Shown: positions 1-8,652 of the stretch, piece after piece
Layout of the letters: every line of letters begins with the position of its first letter
How positions within the stretch are numbered: position 1 is the stretch's first letter
Assembly (NCBI GenBank): GCA_038060895.1
Contig: JBBTCT010000010.1
Coordinates: 1 to 56,722 of the forward strand
Direction of reading: 5' to 3'
Length of the DNA stretch: 56,722 nucleotides
Source of the DNA: Planctomycetota bacterium
GTDB taxonomy: Bacteria; Planctomycetota; MHYJ01; WSZJ01
Translations under genes and position numbers: made by a program
Notes under the pieces: generated by a model
Seen by the model: only the letters and a program-made list of their open reading frames with translations
The model's database searches: none
What the model was told of the DNA's origin: nothing

Positions 1-1
1 T

Positions 2-835
2 GTCCCCCGTCAGCTCCGTCGAGTCCTGGTTCTTCTCGTCCTTCGGCTGGAAGGTTCCAATGCCGATCCGGTCCTTTTCGCTCAACGTCAGCCGGCGCAC
101 TTTCACGTGCCCCAGCACCTTCCGCCAGTCCCCGCGATACTTCGACATCAGGTCGTTGAACGTCCGCCGGCACGCAGGGCACAAGTCCCCGTCCACGCGC
201 AGGTGATACGCCCCCGGCCCCAGCGACGCATTCAGGTCCTTCAGCATCGCGTCCCTCACCTCAACCGGCAGCAGCCGCAGGGGCTCCTCGTGCATCGGGC
301 ACGGCGCAAATCCTCCCGGCGCCTCACCGTCCTCCCACGCAAACGAGTAAAGCGCCCCCTCCTTCGTCCGCGAATACGTCTCCAGCCCGCGCTTCAGGAT
401 CCTCGCAATCGTGCTCTTCGAAGACCCCACCGGCCCGTGCAGCAGCAGGATCCGCCGCTCCGCTCCATACGAGAACGCGCCCGACTTCACCGCGTTCACG
501 AGATCCACCAGCGAACGCTCCAGCCCGTAAATCGCGTCCCGCCCGTTCCCGATCGGATCCTTGAAAAAGTTGTACCGGACCAGCGTCTCGCGGTGCTCCG
601 TGTACTGTTCGTAGCCATACGACAGGATCATGTCGTACATCCGCTGAAACGAGTTCCGGATCAGGCGCGGATTCTCCACGACCGACGCCAGGTACTGCTC
701 GATCGTCCCTTCCCAGTGCAGTTCCTCGTAACTCTGCTCGTTCAACGCCCGGTCCATCATCTCGAGGTACTGGCCGATGCGATCGCTCGCCTTCGGCGCG
801 CGCGCGCCGTCTTCGCGGACTCTCGGGTTCGCCAT
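2..835 (-). CDS. prkA: PrkA/YeaG family serine protein kinase (N-terminal part; runs off the window start)
   Basis: Not in the ORF track. Manual translation from ATG at 835 (AGGAG upstream) gives MANPRV...LHWEGTIEQYL...NSFQRMYDMILSYG...RILLLHGPVGSSKSTIAR (Walker A-like)...CPMHEEPL...GIGTFQPKDEKNQDSTELTGD, all typical of PrkA. Confidence 0.93.
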   Translation of the reverse strand, partial: MANPRVREDGARAPKASDRIGQYLEMMDRALNEQSYEELHWEGTIEQYLASVVENPRLIRNSFQRMYDMILSYGYEQYTEHRETLVRYNFFKDPIGNGRDAIYGLERSLVDLVNAVKSGAFSYGAERRILLLHGPVGSSKSTIARILKRGLETYSRTKEGALYSFAWEDGEAPGGFAPCPMHEEPLRLLPVEVRDAMLKDLNASLGPGAYHLRVDGDLCPACRRTFNDLMSKYRGDWRKVLGHVKVRRLTLSEKDRIGIGTFQPKDEKNQDSTELTGD

Positions 836-905
836 TGTTGCTCCTGGGGTTGTTGCCGCTGCGGAACGCATTGTAGCTTGGCGGGGCTTGGGGCGCGAAG
901 GGAAC

Positions 906-937
906 GCGGGCAGGCGGGCAGGCGGGCAGGCGGGCAG
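906..937. repeat. 8-bp tandem repeat (GCGGGCAG)x4
   Basis: Read directly; intergenic between prkA and the aminotransferase gene. Confidence 0.9.
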
Positions 938-984
938 GGTAAAGACAATACGAAGACCCAACTTCGGGACGTCGTTTTTCGCCC

Positions 985-1089
985 GCCAGCCCGCTCGCCC
1001 GCGCGCGCGAAGCGCGCCAGCCCGCTCGCCCGCGCGCGCGAAGCGCGCCAGCCCGCTCGCCCGCGCGCGCGAAGCGCGCCAGCCCGCTC
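985..1089. repeat. 31-bp perfect tandem repeat GCCAGCCCGCTCGCCCGCGCGCGCGAAGCGC x3 plus a partial copy
   Basis: Units at 985-1015, 1016-1046 and 1047-1077; partial at 1078-1089; no spacers between units. Confidence 0.92.
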
Positions 1090-1092
1090 TTC

Positions 1093-2448
1093 TCAGATCC
1101 TCGCCCGGCTCACCTTGGGCGACGTCCACTTCTTCTTCGCCGCATGCCGGATCGCATCCGCAAGGATCGGAAGCGCCCGGTCGATGTCTTTCGTCGTGCA
1201 GACAAGCGGCGGGCAGAAGCGGATCGTGCTCTCCCCGCACCCGATGATGAGGAGGCCGTGATAGAACGCGCTGTCCACGATCGCGTCGCGCGCCTGCGGG
1301 AAGGGCTCGCGCGTCTCGTGGTTCTTGACGATCTCCATTCCGACCATCAGCCCCCGGCCGCGAACGTCGCCCACGATGTCGAACTGCATCGCGAACTGGT
1401 GCAGGCGGTTCTTCAGGTAGGCCCCGACCTTCGCGGCATTTGCCATCATCCCGCCTTCGATCAGGTCGAGCGTCTTCAGCGCCGCCGCACAGGCGACCGG
1501 GTTGCCGCCGAACGTGTTCGCGTGCGCGCCCGCTTTCCAGGTGTGCAGCTTCTCCCTCGCGATCATCGCGCCCATCGGCAGCCCGCTCGCGATCCCCTTC
1601 GCCACGCAGACGATGTCCGGCTCAATCCCCGTGTGCTCGATCGCAAACATCTTCCCCGTCCGCCCCATCCCGCTCTGGATCTCGTCCACAATCAGCAGGA
1701 TCCCGTGCTTGTCGAGCAGCTTCTTCAGCGCCGGCCAGAAATCGTCCGGCGGCACCACGTACCCGCCCTCCCCCTGGATCGGCTCCACGATGCACGCCGC
1801 CACTTCCTCCGGCGGCACGCTCCGGTGAAAAATGACGTCCTCAATGAACTTCACGCACTCCGTCCCGCATGTCTTCGAGTTCCCCAGCGGCGGGTGGTAC
1901 GGGTTCGGGTAGGGCACGTGCGTCACTTCCGGCACAAGCGGAGCAAAACCGTTCCGCTGGATCGGTTTCGAAGCGCTCAAGGACAGCGCCCCCATCGTCC
2001 TCCCGTGAAACCCTCCCAGGAACGCCAGCATCCGCGGCTTCCGCTTGTACCACCGCGCCAGCTTGAAGGCCGCTTCCACCGTCTCCGTCCCGCTGTTCGT
2101 GAAGAAGACGCGCTTCTGCCCGCTCATCGGGGCCATGTCGCAGAGGCGCGCCGCGAGGTCGCTCTGTGGCGCGTAGTAGAAATCCGTGCCCGCCATGTGG
2201 AGGAACTTGCGCGACTGGTCCTGGATCGCCGCGACGACCTCCGGATGACAGTGCCCGGTCGAGCAGACCGCGACGCCTGCTGTGAAGTCGAGGAACTCGT
2301 TCCCGTCCACGTCCCAGACTCGCATCCCGCTCGCATGGGAGACGACGAGCGGATAGCAGCGGGTGTAGGAAGGGCTCATGAAACGCTGGTCTTTGTCGAG
2401 AATGGCCTTGCCGCGGGGGCCGGGGAGCTTGAGTTTGCGGGTGATCAT
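1093..2448 (-). CDS. Class III PLP aminotransferase (acetylornithine/4-aminobutyrate aminotransferase family)
   Basis: NSGTE, FHGRT, EPIQGEGG, DEIQSGMGRTG, AKGIASG (PLP lysine), NTFGGNP. Confidence 0.93.
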   Translation of the reverse strand: MITRKLKLPGPRGKAILDKDQRFMSPSYTRCYPLVVSHASGMRVWDVDGNEFLDFTAGVAVCSTGHCHPEVVAAIQDQSRKFLHMAGTDFYYAPQSDLAARLCDMAPMSGQKRVFFTNSGTETVEAAFKLARWYKRKPRMLAFLGGFHGRTMGALSLSASKPIQRNGFAPLVPEVTHVPYPNPYHPPLGNSKTCGTECVKFIEDVIFHRSVPPEEVAACIVEPIQGEGGYVVPPDDFWPALKKLLDKHGILLIVDEIQSGMGRTGKMFAIEHTGIEPDIVCVAKGIASGLPMGAMIAREKLHTWKAGAHANTFGGNPVACAAALKTLDLIEGGMMANAAKVGAYLKNRLHQFAMQFDIVGDVRGRGLMVGMEIVKNHETREPFPQARDAIVDSAFYHGLLIIGCGESTIRFCPPLVCTTKDIDRALPILADAIRHAAKKKWTSPKVSRARI

Positions 2449-2564
2449 GGGGTCTCCGGGCGCAAAAAAAACATCGGTGGCGTGGAAGAGGCGCTGCGGA
2501 GTCTATCACTCCCCCTGTAGAATGTCACTCAGGCCGGGCCTCCCCCCGCGCCGATAACCCCAAC

Positions 2565-2936
2565 GTGAGAGATCTCCGCTCCATCGCCCTTTCCCTCGCT
2601 CTCGCGGCGGCCGCTTCGGCCGACGACGTGGCCATTCCCATGGCGGACGGCAACGTCCTGCGCGGCGAGCGCGTCGAGGATCCGGAGGTCGCCGCAAAGG
2701 GAATCCGCCTGAAGACCGGCGGAGTCACCGTTTTCGTCCCGTGGAGCGAAATGGCTGCCGGGACGCGCGAGGCCCTGGAACAGGGTCTGACGCCCCAGGC
2801 GCCCCACACGACGCCGCCCCCCGCGCCCGGAGCGGGCGAGGTGCCGGCGGAGGAGAGTCAGGCCGCCGCCCCGGAAGGAGCCGAAGCGACCGGCGAACCT
2901 CCCCCCATGCCGGATTGCTGCGACCCCAGGTTCTGA
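2565..2936 (+). CDS. Secreted hypothetical protein (small beta domain plus Pro/Ala/Glu-rich tail ending CCDPRF)
   Basis: Signal peptide (ALSLALAAAASA); fills the gap between two minus-strand genes. Confidence 0.65.
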   Translation: MRDLRSIALSLALAAAASADDVAIPMADGNVLRGERVEDPEVAAKGIRLKTGGVTVFVPWSEMAAGTREALEQGLTPQAPHTTPPPAPGAGEVPAEESQAAAPEGAEATGEPPPMPDCCDPRF

Positions 2937-2946
2937 GAGCACGACC

Positions 2947-3672
2947 TCAGGCCAGCGAAAGGCCGTACTCGCGCTTCAGGATCTCCCCCAGCTCGGCCAT
3001 CCCGCCGACTTCATGAGCCGCCCTGGTCTTCCCCGCATCCCCGGCATGCTTTCCGCCGCGCTTGACCAGCACCGTCGCCATTCCGATCGCGTTCGCGGGG
3101 TCGATGTCGTGCGCGGGGTGATCGCCGACGTACATCGCCGCCTTCGGCGTGACGCCGGTGGAGTCGCATGCACGCATGTAGAGCTTGCGGTTGGGCTTTG
3201 AGATGCCGATCTGGTCGCTGATGAAAATCGCGCCCGGCGAGAGGTATTCCAGGATCTTGAGCCGCACGAGCTTCTCAGCCTGCTTGATCTCAAGGCCGCT
3301 GGTGATCACGCCGCGCACGACCGGGGTCCGGGATAGCCGCCTCAGCAGATCCACCGCATCCGGATACGGAGCCAGGTCGCGGGATTTCGTCTCGTGGTAG
3401 GCCACGATCGCGCCGGCGATCAGCACCGCGCGGTTCACTCCCTCCCACGCTTTTTTCGGAATCCGGAGGAGCAGTTTGTCGAAGTGGTGCTCGTAGTTGC
3501 TCGTGAATTCGGAGATGACCTCCTCCAGCTCGCGCACGAGGTCCTCCGCGGGCATCCGGACGCCGAGCGCCACCATCGCCTCCATCGACGCTCGCCTGGC
3601 CCGCGCGGCGAACTCGCTGGTGGAGTAGAGGGTGTCGTCGATGTCGAAGAAAATGGCCTGAAGGGGCGTCAA
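2947..3672 (-). CDS. HAD-superfamily hydrolase (subfamily IA)
   Basis: FFDIDDTL motif I, ITSG motif II, KP and VGDHPAHDI motifs III/IV. Confidence 0.92.
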   Translation of the reverse strand: MTPLQAIFFDIDDTLYSTSEFAARARRASMEAMVALGVRMPAEDLVRELEEVISEFTSNYEHHFDKLLLRIPKKAWEGVNRAVLIAGAIVAYHETKSRDLAPYPDAVDLLRRLSRTPVVRGVITSGLEIKQAEKLVRLKILEYLSPGAIFISDQIGISKPNRKLYMRACDSTGVTPKAAMYVGDHPAHDIDPANAIGMATVLVKRGGKHAGDAGKTRAAHEVGGMAELGEILKREYGLSLA

Positions 3673-3744
3673 GGGAGAGCCTCACTCGGGTGGATTGCCG
3701 ATGTTACATCGAGTCCTGCGAAGGAATCGCAGGAATCGAGCGGT

Positions 3745-4323
3745 CTACCGGGCCTGACCGAGCTTGCGGCGCAGTCTCTCGAGGTCCAGTCGCTTCCCCG
3801 GGCAAAGAGTCGCGTTCCCGTGCGTCACGCCGTGGCCGACGAAGTTAGCGGGTGGAAGGCTGCAGCGGCCCGCAAGCCACCGGCAGAGGTGCTCCAGCGA
3901 GCGCAGCTGGGCGGGAGTCGGGTCCGCCGTCTCGAAATTGCCGACGAGGCAGATCCCGACGGCCCTCGCGTTCCACTCCGGCTTCGCATGGGCGCCGTCG
4001 GCCTGGTCCATCCATCGCGGTCCCGGCTCGACGCGCCCGTCCTCCGTCATGCTGCCGTTTCCGATGACGAAGTGGTAGCCAAGGCTGTCCCAGCCCTTCG
4101 CGCGGTGTTCACGGTCGAAGTGCGCGGCGCTTCCGGTCCCCGACGCGGAGTGATGGATGATGACGTGGGTCCAGCCGGCGCGGATGGGGACGCGCGGCTC
4201 CCATGAAGCAGAGGGATCCTGGTCAGGAACCAGGGCCCGCTCGCCTGAAGGCGCGCGGAGGGCCAGGACGCCCGCAATGAAGAGGGCCTGGGCGAGGACG
4301 AATCCCGCGACGAGCCGGATCAC
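3745..4323 (-). CDS. N-acetylmuramoyl-L-alanine amidase (Amidase_2/PGRP-like), membrane-anchored
   Basis: IIHHSA, GYHFVIGNG, GAH, GICLVGNF, GH...TLCPG zinc-amidase motifs; N-terminal hydrophobic helix. Confidence 0.9.
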   Translation of the reverse strand: MIRLVAGFVLAQALFIAGVLALRAPSGERALVPDQDPSASWEPRVPIRAGWTHVIIHHSASGTGSAAHFDREHRAKGWDSLGYHFVIGNGSMTEDGRVEPGPRWMDQADGAHAKPEWNARAVGICLVGNFETADPTPAQLRSLEHLCRWLAGRCSLPPANFVGHGVTHGNATLCPGKRLDLERLRRKLGQAR

Positions 4324-4367
4324 GTCGGCACCTCCGATTCCAGGCCGAGTCGAAAGAACGCCCCCGG

Positions 4368-4402
4368 AAACAAAACGGGCCCCGCGTTTCGGCGGGGCCC
4401 GT
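4368..4402 (-). terminator. Intrinsic terminator after the secretin at 4421-7105
   Basis: Stem ACGGGCCCCGC/GCGGGGCCCGT followed by TTTTGTTT on the minus strand. Confidence 0.7.
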
Positions 4403-4420
4403 CGTCAGAGTCAGGCTGGG

Positions 4421-7105
4421 CTAGCGGCGACCGAACTGCTGGCTCCGCTCGATGTCGGCGAGGTCCAGGATTTCGGCACTCACGATGATGATGAGGTTCT
4501 TGCGCTCGATCGACTTGCCCTTGCGCGAGAAGAGCCACCCGATGATGGGGATCTTCGACAGGAAGGGCGTGGACGAGGACAGGTCGCGGTCGATCGAGTT
4601 CTTCAGGCCGGCGAGGATCAGGGTGCCCTGGTCCGGCATACGGACGGTCGTCTGGGCGCGCTGGAGGTCGATCGTCGGGAGCTGAATGTACTGGTCAGGA
4701 TTGGTGATGATGTCGGCGGTGGCGTCGGGCGTGATGTCGAAGAGGCGCAGGACGCGCAGCCGTGCGACGGTGGGGCGCATTTCCAGCGTGATGTACTTGC
4801 GGTCGTTGGAGATGATCGGGCGGACGTCCAGCACGAGGCCGTCCTGAACGATGCCCATGACCGGGTCGTACGCACGGCTGTTCTGGGCGATTTCGACGTC
4901 GTAATCCTGGATGTACGCCTGCTGCTGGGCGATCAGGATGTGTGCACGCTGCCCGTTGAAGGCCGTGACCCGGGGAGCCGTGACGACGTTTGCCTTCTGG
5001 GTCTTGCGCAGGGCGCGGATCACGCTGTTCAGCTCCAGTTCGCGAAGGATGCGGTACTGGAGGCCGATGCCGCCCCGGTTGAGGAGGCGCGTGCCGAGCG
5101 GGAAGTCCGGGATGTTCGTGACCAGCGGCGAGGTCAGAGGATAGATCGACCGGCCGCGCAGGTCGTAGAAGTCGCTCGGGCCACCGTAATGCTCGCGAGT
5201 GAAGAAGCCGGATTCGCCGATGACGTCCGCCGTGCCGACCGTCGCGCTGATGGCCGGATCGACGATGCCGCCCGACGAGGTGCCGTCGGAGAAGTCCGCG
5301 CTTCCGAGCCCGTTCGTGTTCGACTCCATCGAGCGCCCTTCAAGGCCGCGGAACTCGTGGCCCAGGTCTTCGAGGAAGTCGTCGGTCACCGTGAGGAAGC
5401 GTGCTTCAAGGGAGACCATCGCGCCCGTGAACGACCGGAGGTTCGAAAGGAACCCGCGGATCTCTTCCTGCACCTTCGGCGTGTGGACCACCAGCAGCTG
5501 CTGGTTGCCCGTCAGCGCGATGGAGACTTCGCCTTCACGTTCGGTCCAGCTCTGGGGCGAAATGTTCTGCTTGATGAGCGTTTCGAGCTGTTCCGCGGAC
5601 ACGACCGATTCTTCGGACTCCGGCGGAACGAACGTCGTGGACGGACCGGCCGAATCGCCCTCGCCCGTCGTCAGTTCCATGCTCGGACCCGGGAAGTCCG
5701 GGATCTTGCCGAGCAGGTCGCGGACGTCGTGCACTTCGAGGACGGGCTTTCCTTCCGCCAGCTGCGGCTGCGTGATGAGCAGCACGCGGTTCTCGAACGT
5801 GTAACCGAGGTCGTACTGCTGCAGCAGGAGCCGCAGGACGTGCTTCAGGACCAGGTCCTTCACCGCGAAGCTGATCTTCTTGTCCGGGATGCCTTCCTTG
5901 CGCACCTCGGCCGAGATCACGATGTTGATCTTTGCGAATTCCTGGATGAAATCGACGATGTCATAGAGCGTCGAGTCCGTGAAATCGAGGTCGATCTTCG
6001 TCGTCTCAAGCTTCGACTTGATCGCCAGGACTTCATCGTCCTCCTTGACCGCCGGCCCCTTGTTCAACGACAGGTTGCCGGACCGTTCGACGATGCGGCG
6101 CCAGTCGTCCTCGCTGGGGAAGCGCACCTTCTGGCGCTCGCTGTACGGGATTTCGCACTCGAGCATGTCTTCGCGCATCGATTTGAACCGCTCGCGGCGC
6201 AGTTCGAGGAACTGCTCGTACGCCTTGTTGATCGCGGCACGGGCCGCATCTTCCTTGAGCTCCTGCGCCGGCCGGAACTTCGGCACGATGTTCAGGATCT
6301 CGTCGCAAACCCATTCGGCCTTCTCATACCTCTTGTTGTCGAAATGCTCGAGCGCGATCTCCATCAGTTCCTTCACGCGCTCCTTGAGACGCTGCCGCTC
6401 CTGGTTCTCGCGCTGCTCCGCTTCCTTCAGCGCCATCTCGTGACGCAGCTTGTCGAGTTCCGTCGCGTGCTGCTTCTGCTTCTCGCGTGCGTCCGCCGCG
6501 CGCTTCTTCGCATTGTCCAGCTGGTCGTTCATCCCGATGTCGTACGGGACCCACTTCAGCTTCTGGATCACTGCGTTGTATTCGCGTTCCGCGGCTTCGA
6601 ACTGGTTGTCGGCCATGAAGCGATTGCCCTGCTCGAAGTGGTTTTCCACTTCGATGCGGGTCTGGGCGATCTTGACCGAGAGCTGGGTGCTGGCCCATTC
6701 GAGGGTCGCTCCCCACTCGCCCGGTCTGCGGTTCATGATGCGCGAGACTTCGTTGTACAGGTCGCGGATCTTGACGCTCGACGGGTTCAGCCGATGCGCC
6801 TGCTCCAGGTCATCGAGGGCTGCCTGGAACTCGTTGGCGTGCATCTTGGTCCTCGCGGTTTCGAACAGCTTTTCCGCGATGAACTCGTCCTCCTGGCGCT
6901 GAATGCCCAGGCGTCCTTCTTCGCCGGCCAATCCGCCGCCGCCGCCGCCGTTTTCATCGCCGGGCGGCGCGACTTCGTGTTGCCGTCCTGCGTCGCGCGG
7001 CTCGCCCTTCGCGGGCTCGTTTGAGCCTGAAGTGCAGCCGATGACGCTGACGGAAGCCGAGAGGAGCGCAAAAGACAGGATCCGCGAGCTAGACGAGACT
7101 GTCAT
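4421..7105 (-). CDS. Secretin (PilQ/GspD family), lipoprotein with N-terminal TPR/coiled-coil region; paralogue B
   Basis: Lipobox VIG-C; STN-like IDLDFTDSTL...; C-terminal secretin core (VSLEARFLTV, TAPRVTAFNGQRA, GLVLDVRPIIS, TTVRMPDQGTLILAGL, PFLSKIPIIGWLF). Confidence 0.9.
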   Translation of the reverse strand: MTVSSSSRILSFALLSASVSVIGCTSGSNEPAKGEPRDAGRQHEVAPPGDENGGGGGGLAGEEGRLGIQRQEDEFIAEKLFETARTKMHANEFQAALDDLEQAHRLNPSSVKIRDLYNEVSRIMNRRPGEWGATLEWASTQLSVKIAQTRIEVENHFEQGNRFMADNQFEAAEREYNAVIQKLKWVPYDIGMNDQLDNAKKRAADAREKQKQHATELDKLRHEMALKEAEQRENQERQRLKERVKELMEIALEHFDNKRYEKAEWVCDEILNIVPKFRPAQELKEDAARAAINKAYEQFLELRRERFKSMREDMLECEIPYSERQKVRFPSEDDWRRIVERSGNLSLNKGPAVKEDDEVLAIKSKLETTKIDLDFTDSTLYDIVDFIQEFAKINIVISAEVRKEGIPDKKISFAVKDLVLKHVLRLLLQQYDLGYTFENRVLLITQPQLAEGKPVLEVHDVRDLLGKIPDFPGPSMELTTGEGDSAGPSTTFVPPESEESVVSAEQLETLIKQNISPQSWTEREGEVSIALTGNQQLLVVHTPKVQEEIRGFLSNLRSFTGAMVSLEARFLTVTDDFLEDLGHEFRGLEGRSMESNTNGLGSADFSDGTSSGGIVDPAISATVGTADVIGESGFFTREHYGGPSDFYDLRGRSIYPLTSPLVTNIPDFPLGTRLLNRGGIGLQYRILRELELNSVIRALRKTQKANVVTAPRVTAFNGQRAHILIAQQQAYIQDYDVEIAQNSRAYDPVMGIVQDGLVLDVRPIISNDRKYITLEMRPTVARLRVLRLFDITPDATADIITNPDQYIQLPTIDLQRAQTTVRMPDQGTLILAGLKNSIDRDLSSSTPFLSKIPIIGWLFSRKGKSIERKNLIIIVSAEILDLADIERSQQFGRR

Positions 7106-7159
7106 GGGACCCCTCCAATGGAGACGAGCGGGTAAGACCCCCCAGCCGTTAAGCCGATA

Positions 7160-7188
7160 GTTTTAGGCGATCACGGAGGGCAAGTCAA
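7160..7188 (-). promoter_or_regulatory. Sigma70-like promoter TTGACT-N17-TAAAAC upstream of secretin B
   Basis: Motif and spacing read directly; the -10 is imperfect. Confidence 0.45.
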
Positions 7189-7314
7189 GGATAAGGAAGC
7201 GCTTAAAGCGGATTCGCGGGATGGGGAACCGATCGGGCCTGCGGCGCCTGCTTCGGCCGGCGGACGCGGGCGCAGCAACCGCTGAGGTCTCCCTCTTCAT
7301 GAATCTTGAGCGGT

Positions 7315-8475
7315 TTACTTGTTTTTAGGAACTTTCGCCAACTCGTCGTCGGCTTTCGTGCGCACATCGGTCGCCTGCTGCTTGTACGAAGACGCCGGGT
7401 ACTGGTCCAGCAGCGTCAGCGCCATCGAGCGCGCCTGCGTCGCGTACATCTCCCGCGCGCGATCGGACGTTGCCTTCTGCGCCAGCAACACATAGGCGCC
7501 GCCGCCGACGGCCAGCGCTTTCTCGTAGGCCGCCGTCGGCTGTCCCTCCGCAGGGAAATAAAGCACGACCGTCTGCTCGTACTGAAGCGCCGCGCGCTTG
7601 ATCATGTCCATGTCGCCCTTCGCTTCTCCCTGCGACATCAGGCAATCGCCGAGGCCGGTGAACGCCTCGCCCATCACCCCGCGCTGGCCCTTGAACTCGC
7701 GCGTGATCGACTCGTACGTCCCCTGCGCCGAAGTCGGGTTTGACTTCATCTGCACGCGGGCGACACCCAGCTTTGCCTTCCCGGCAATCGCCGGGTATTT
7801 CGATCCGGCCTGCGCCGCGACCGCCTGGAATTTTCCCGTCGCCTCGGCGTCGTTGCCCTCCTTCTCGATCACTTCCGCCTTTTTCAGGCTCATGAGGATC
7901 TGAAAGGGCTGGTCCACGCTCAGGTCCTTGGCGGCCTTTTCGGCGGCCTCGATCGCCGTCTTCGCCCCCGCGAGGTCGCCCTTTTCCAGGTAGCAGTGGA
8001 TCTTGTTGTAGTGGGTTTCCTTGAAGAAGCGGTTGCCGGGCACCGCCTTTGCGAGGTCGTCGTAGGACTTGATCGCGTCGTCGTGTTTCTTCAAGGACTG
8101 GTAGCAGAGTCCCGCGTTGAACAGCGCGTGCACCAGGAAGATCGGCTTGTCCTTCAGCCCCTCGGCCGCCTTCGTGAATCCCGCGGCAGCCCCTTCCATG
8201 TTTCCCTTCTCGCGCTCCCCTTTTGCCTCGCGGATCCCGGCCGGCTCGTCGCCGTACTCGACGCCGCCTTCCTGGATTTTTTCCCACGCGTAGGTGCTCG
8301 TGGCCGATCCTTCCAGCTTGATCGTGACGCCCTGCCAGTCTTCCTTCTCGATCGTTCCCTCGACGGGCTTCTGTTCCGGCTTGCTTTTGTCGATCTGCCG
8401 GAAGTTGATGCGGTCCTTCGCAGCGGCATTGAGAACGAGGCCAAGGACGAAGACGGGAATGAAGAGGTATTTCAT
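7315..8475 (-). CDS. Secreted TPR-repeat protein
   Basis: Start chosen at MKYLFIPV (signal peptide, GGAG upstream); several TPR-like helical repeats (ALFNAGLCY..., AFTGLGDCL...). Confidence 0.85.
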   Translation of the reverse strand: MKYLFIPVFVLGLVLNAAAKDRINFRQIDKSKPEQKPVEGTIEKEDWQGVTIKLEGSATSTYAWEKIQEGGVEYGDEPAGIREAKGEREKGNMEGAAAGFTKAAEGLKDKPIFLVHALFNAGLCYQSLKKHDDAIKSYDDLAKAVPGNRFFKETHYNKIHCYLEKGDLAGAKTAIEAAEKAAKDLSVDQPFQILMSLKKAEVIEKEGNDAEATGKFQAVAAQAGSKYPAIAGKAKLGVARVQMKSNPTSAQGTYESITREFKGQRGVMGEAFTGLGDCLMSQGEAKGDMDMIKRAALQYEQTVVLYFPAEGQPTAAYEKALAVGGGAYVLLAQKATSDRAREMYATQARSMALTLLDQYPASSYKQQATDVRTKADDELAKVPKNK

Positions 8476-8597
8476 GACGGCGGAATCTCCTTGTGGGTCC
8501 CCTGCGAGGGATATGAACGTAAGGACGGTCGCGCGGTTCATGATAGCCACGACCCCCGCGCCGTCAACGACCCGGGACGCCCGGCCCGCTCCGCCCG

Positions 8598-8636
8598 GAA
8601 AAGAAAAAACCCCCGGGAGGCGTTCTCCCGGGGGTT
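8598..8636 (-). terminator. Intrinsic terminator after the secretin at 8653-11376
   Basis: Stem AACCCCCGGGAG/CTCCCGGGGGTT plus a T-tract on the minus strand. Confidence 0.75.
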
Positions 8637-8652
8637 CTGATTTCGACTTCGA

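Noticed and set aside
985-1089. Possible CRISPR array
   Set aside because: The repeats are head-to-tail with no unique spacers, and there are no cas genes in the window.
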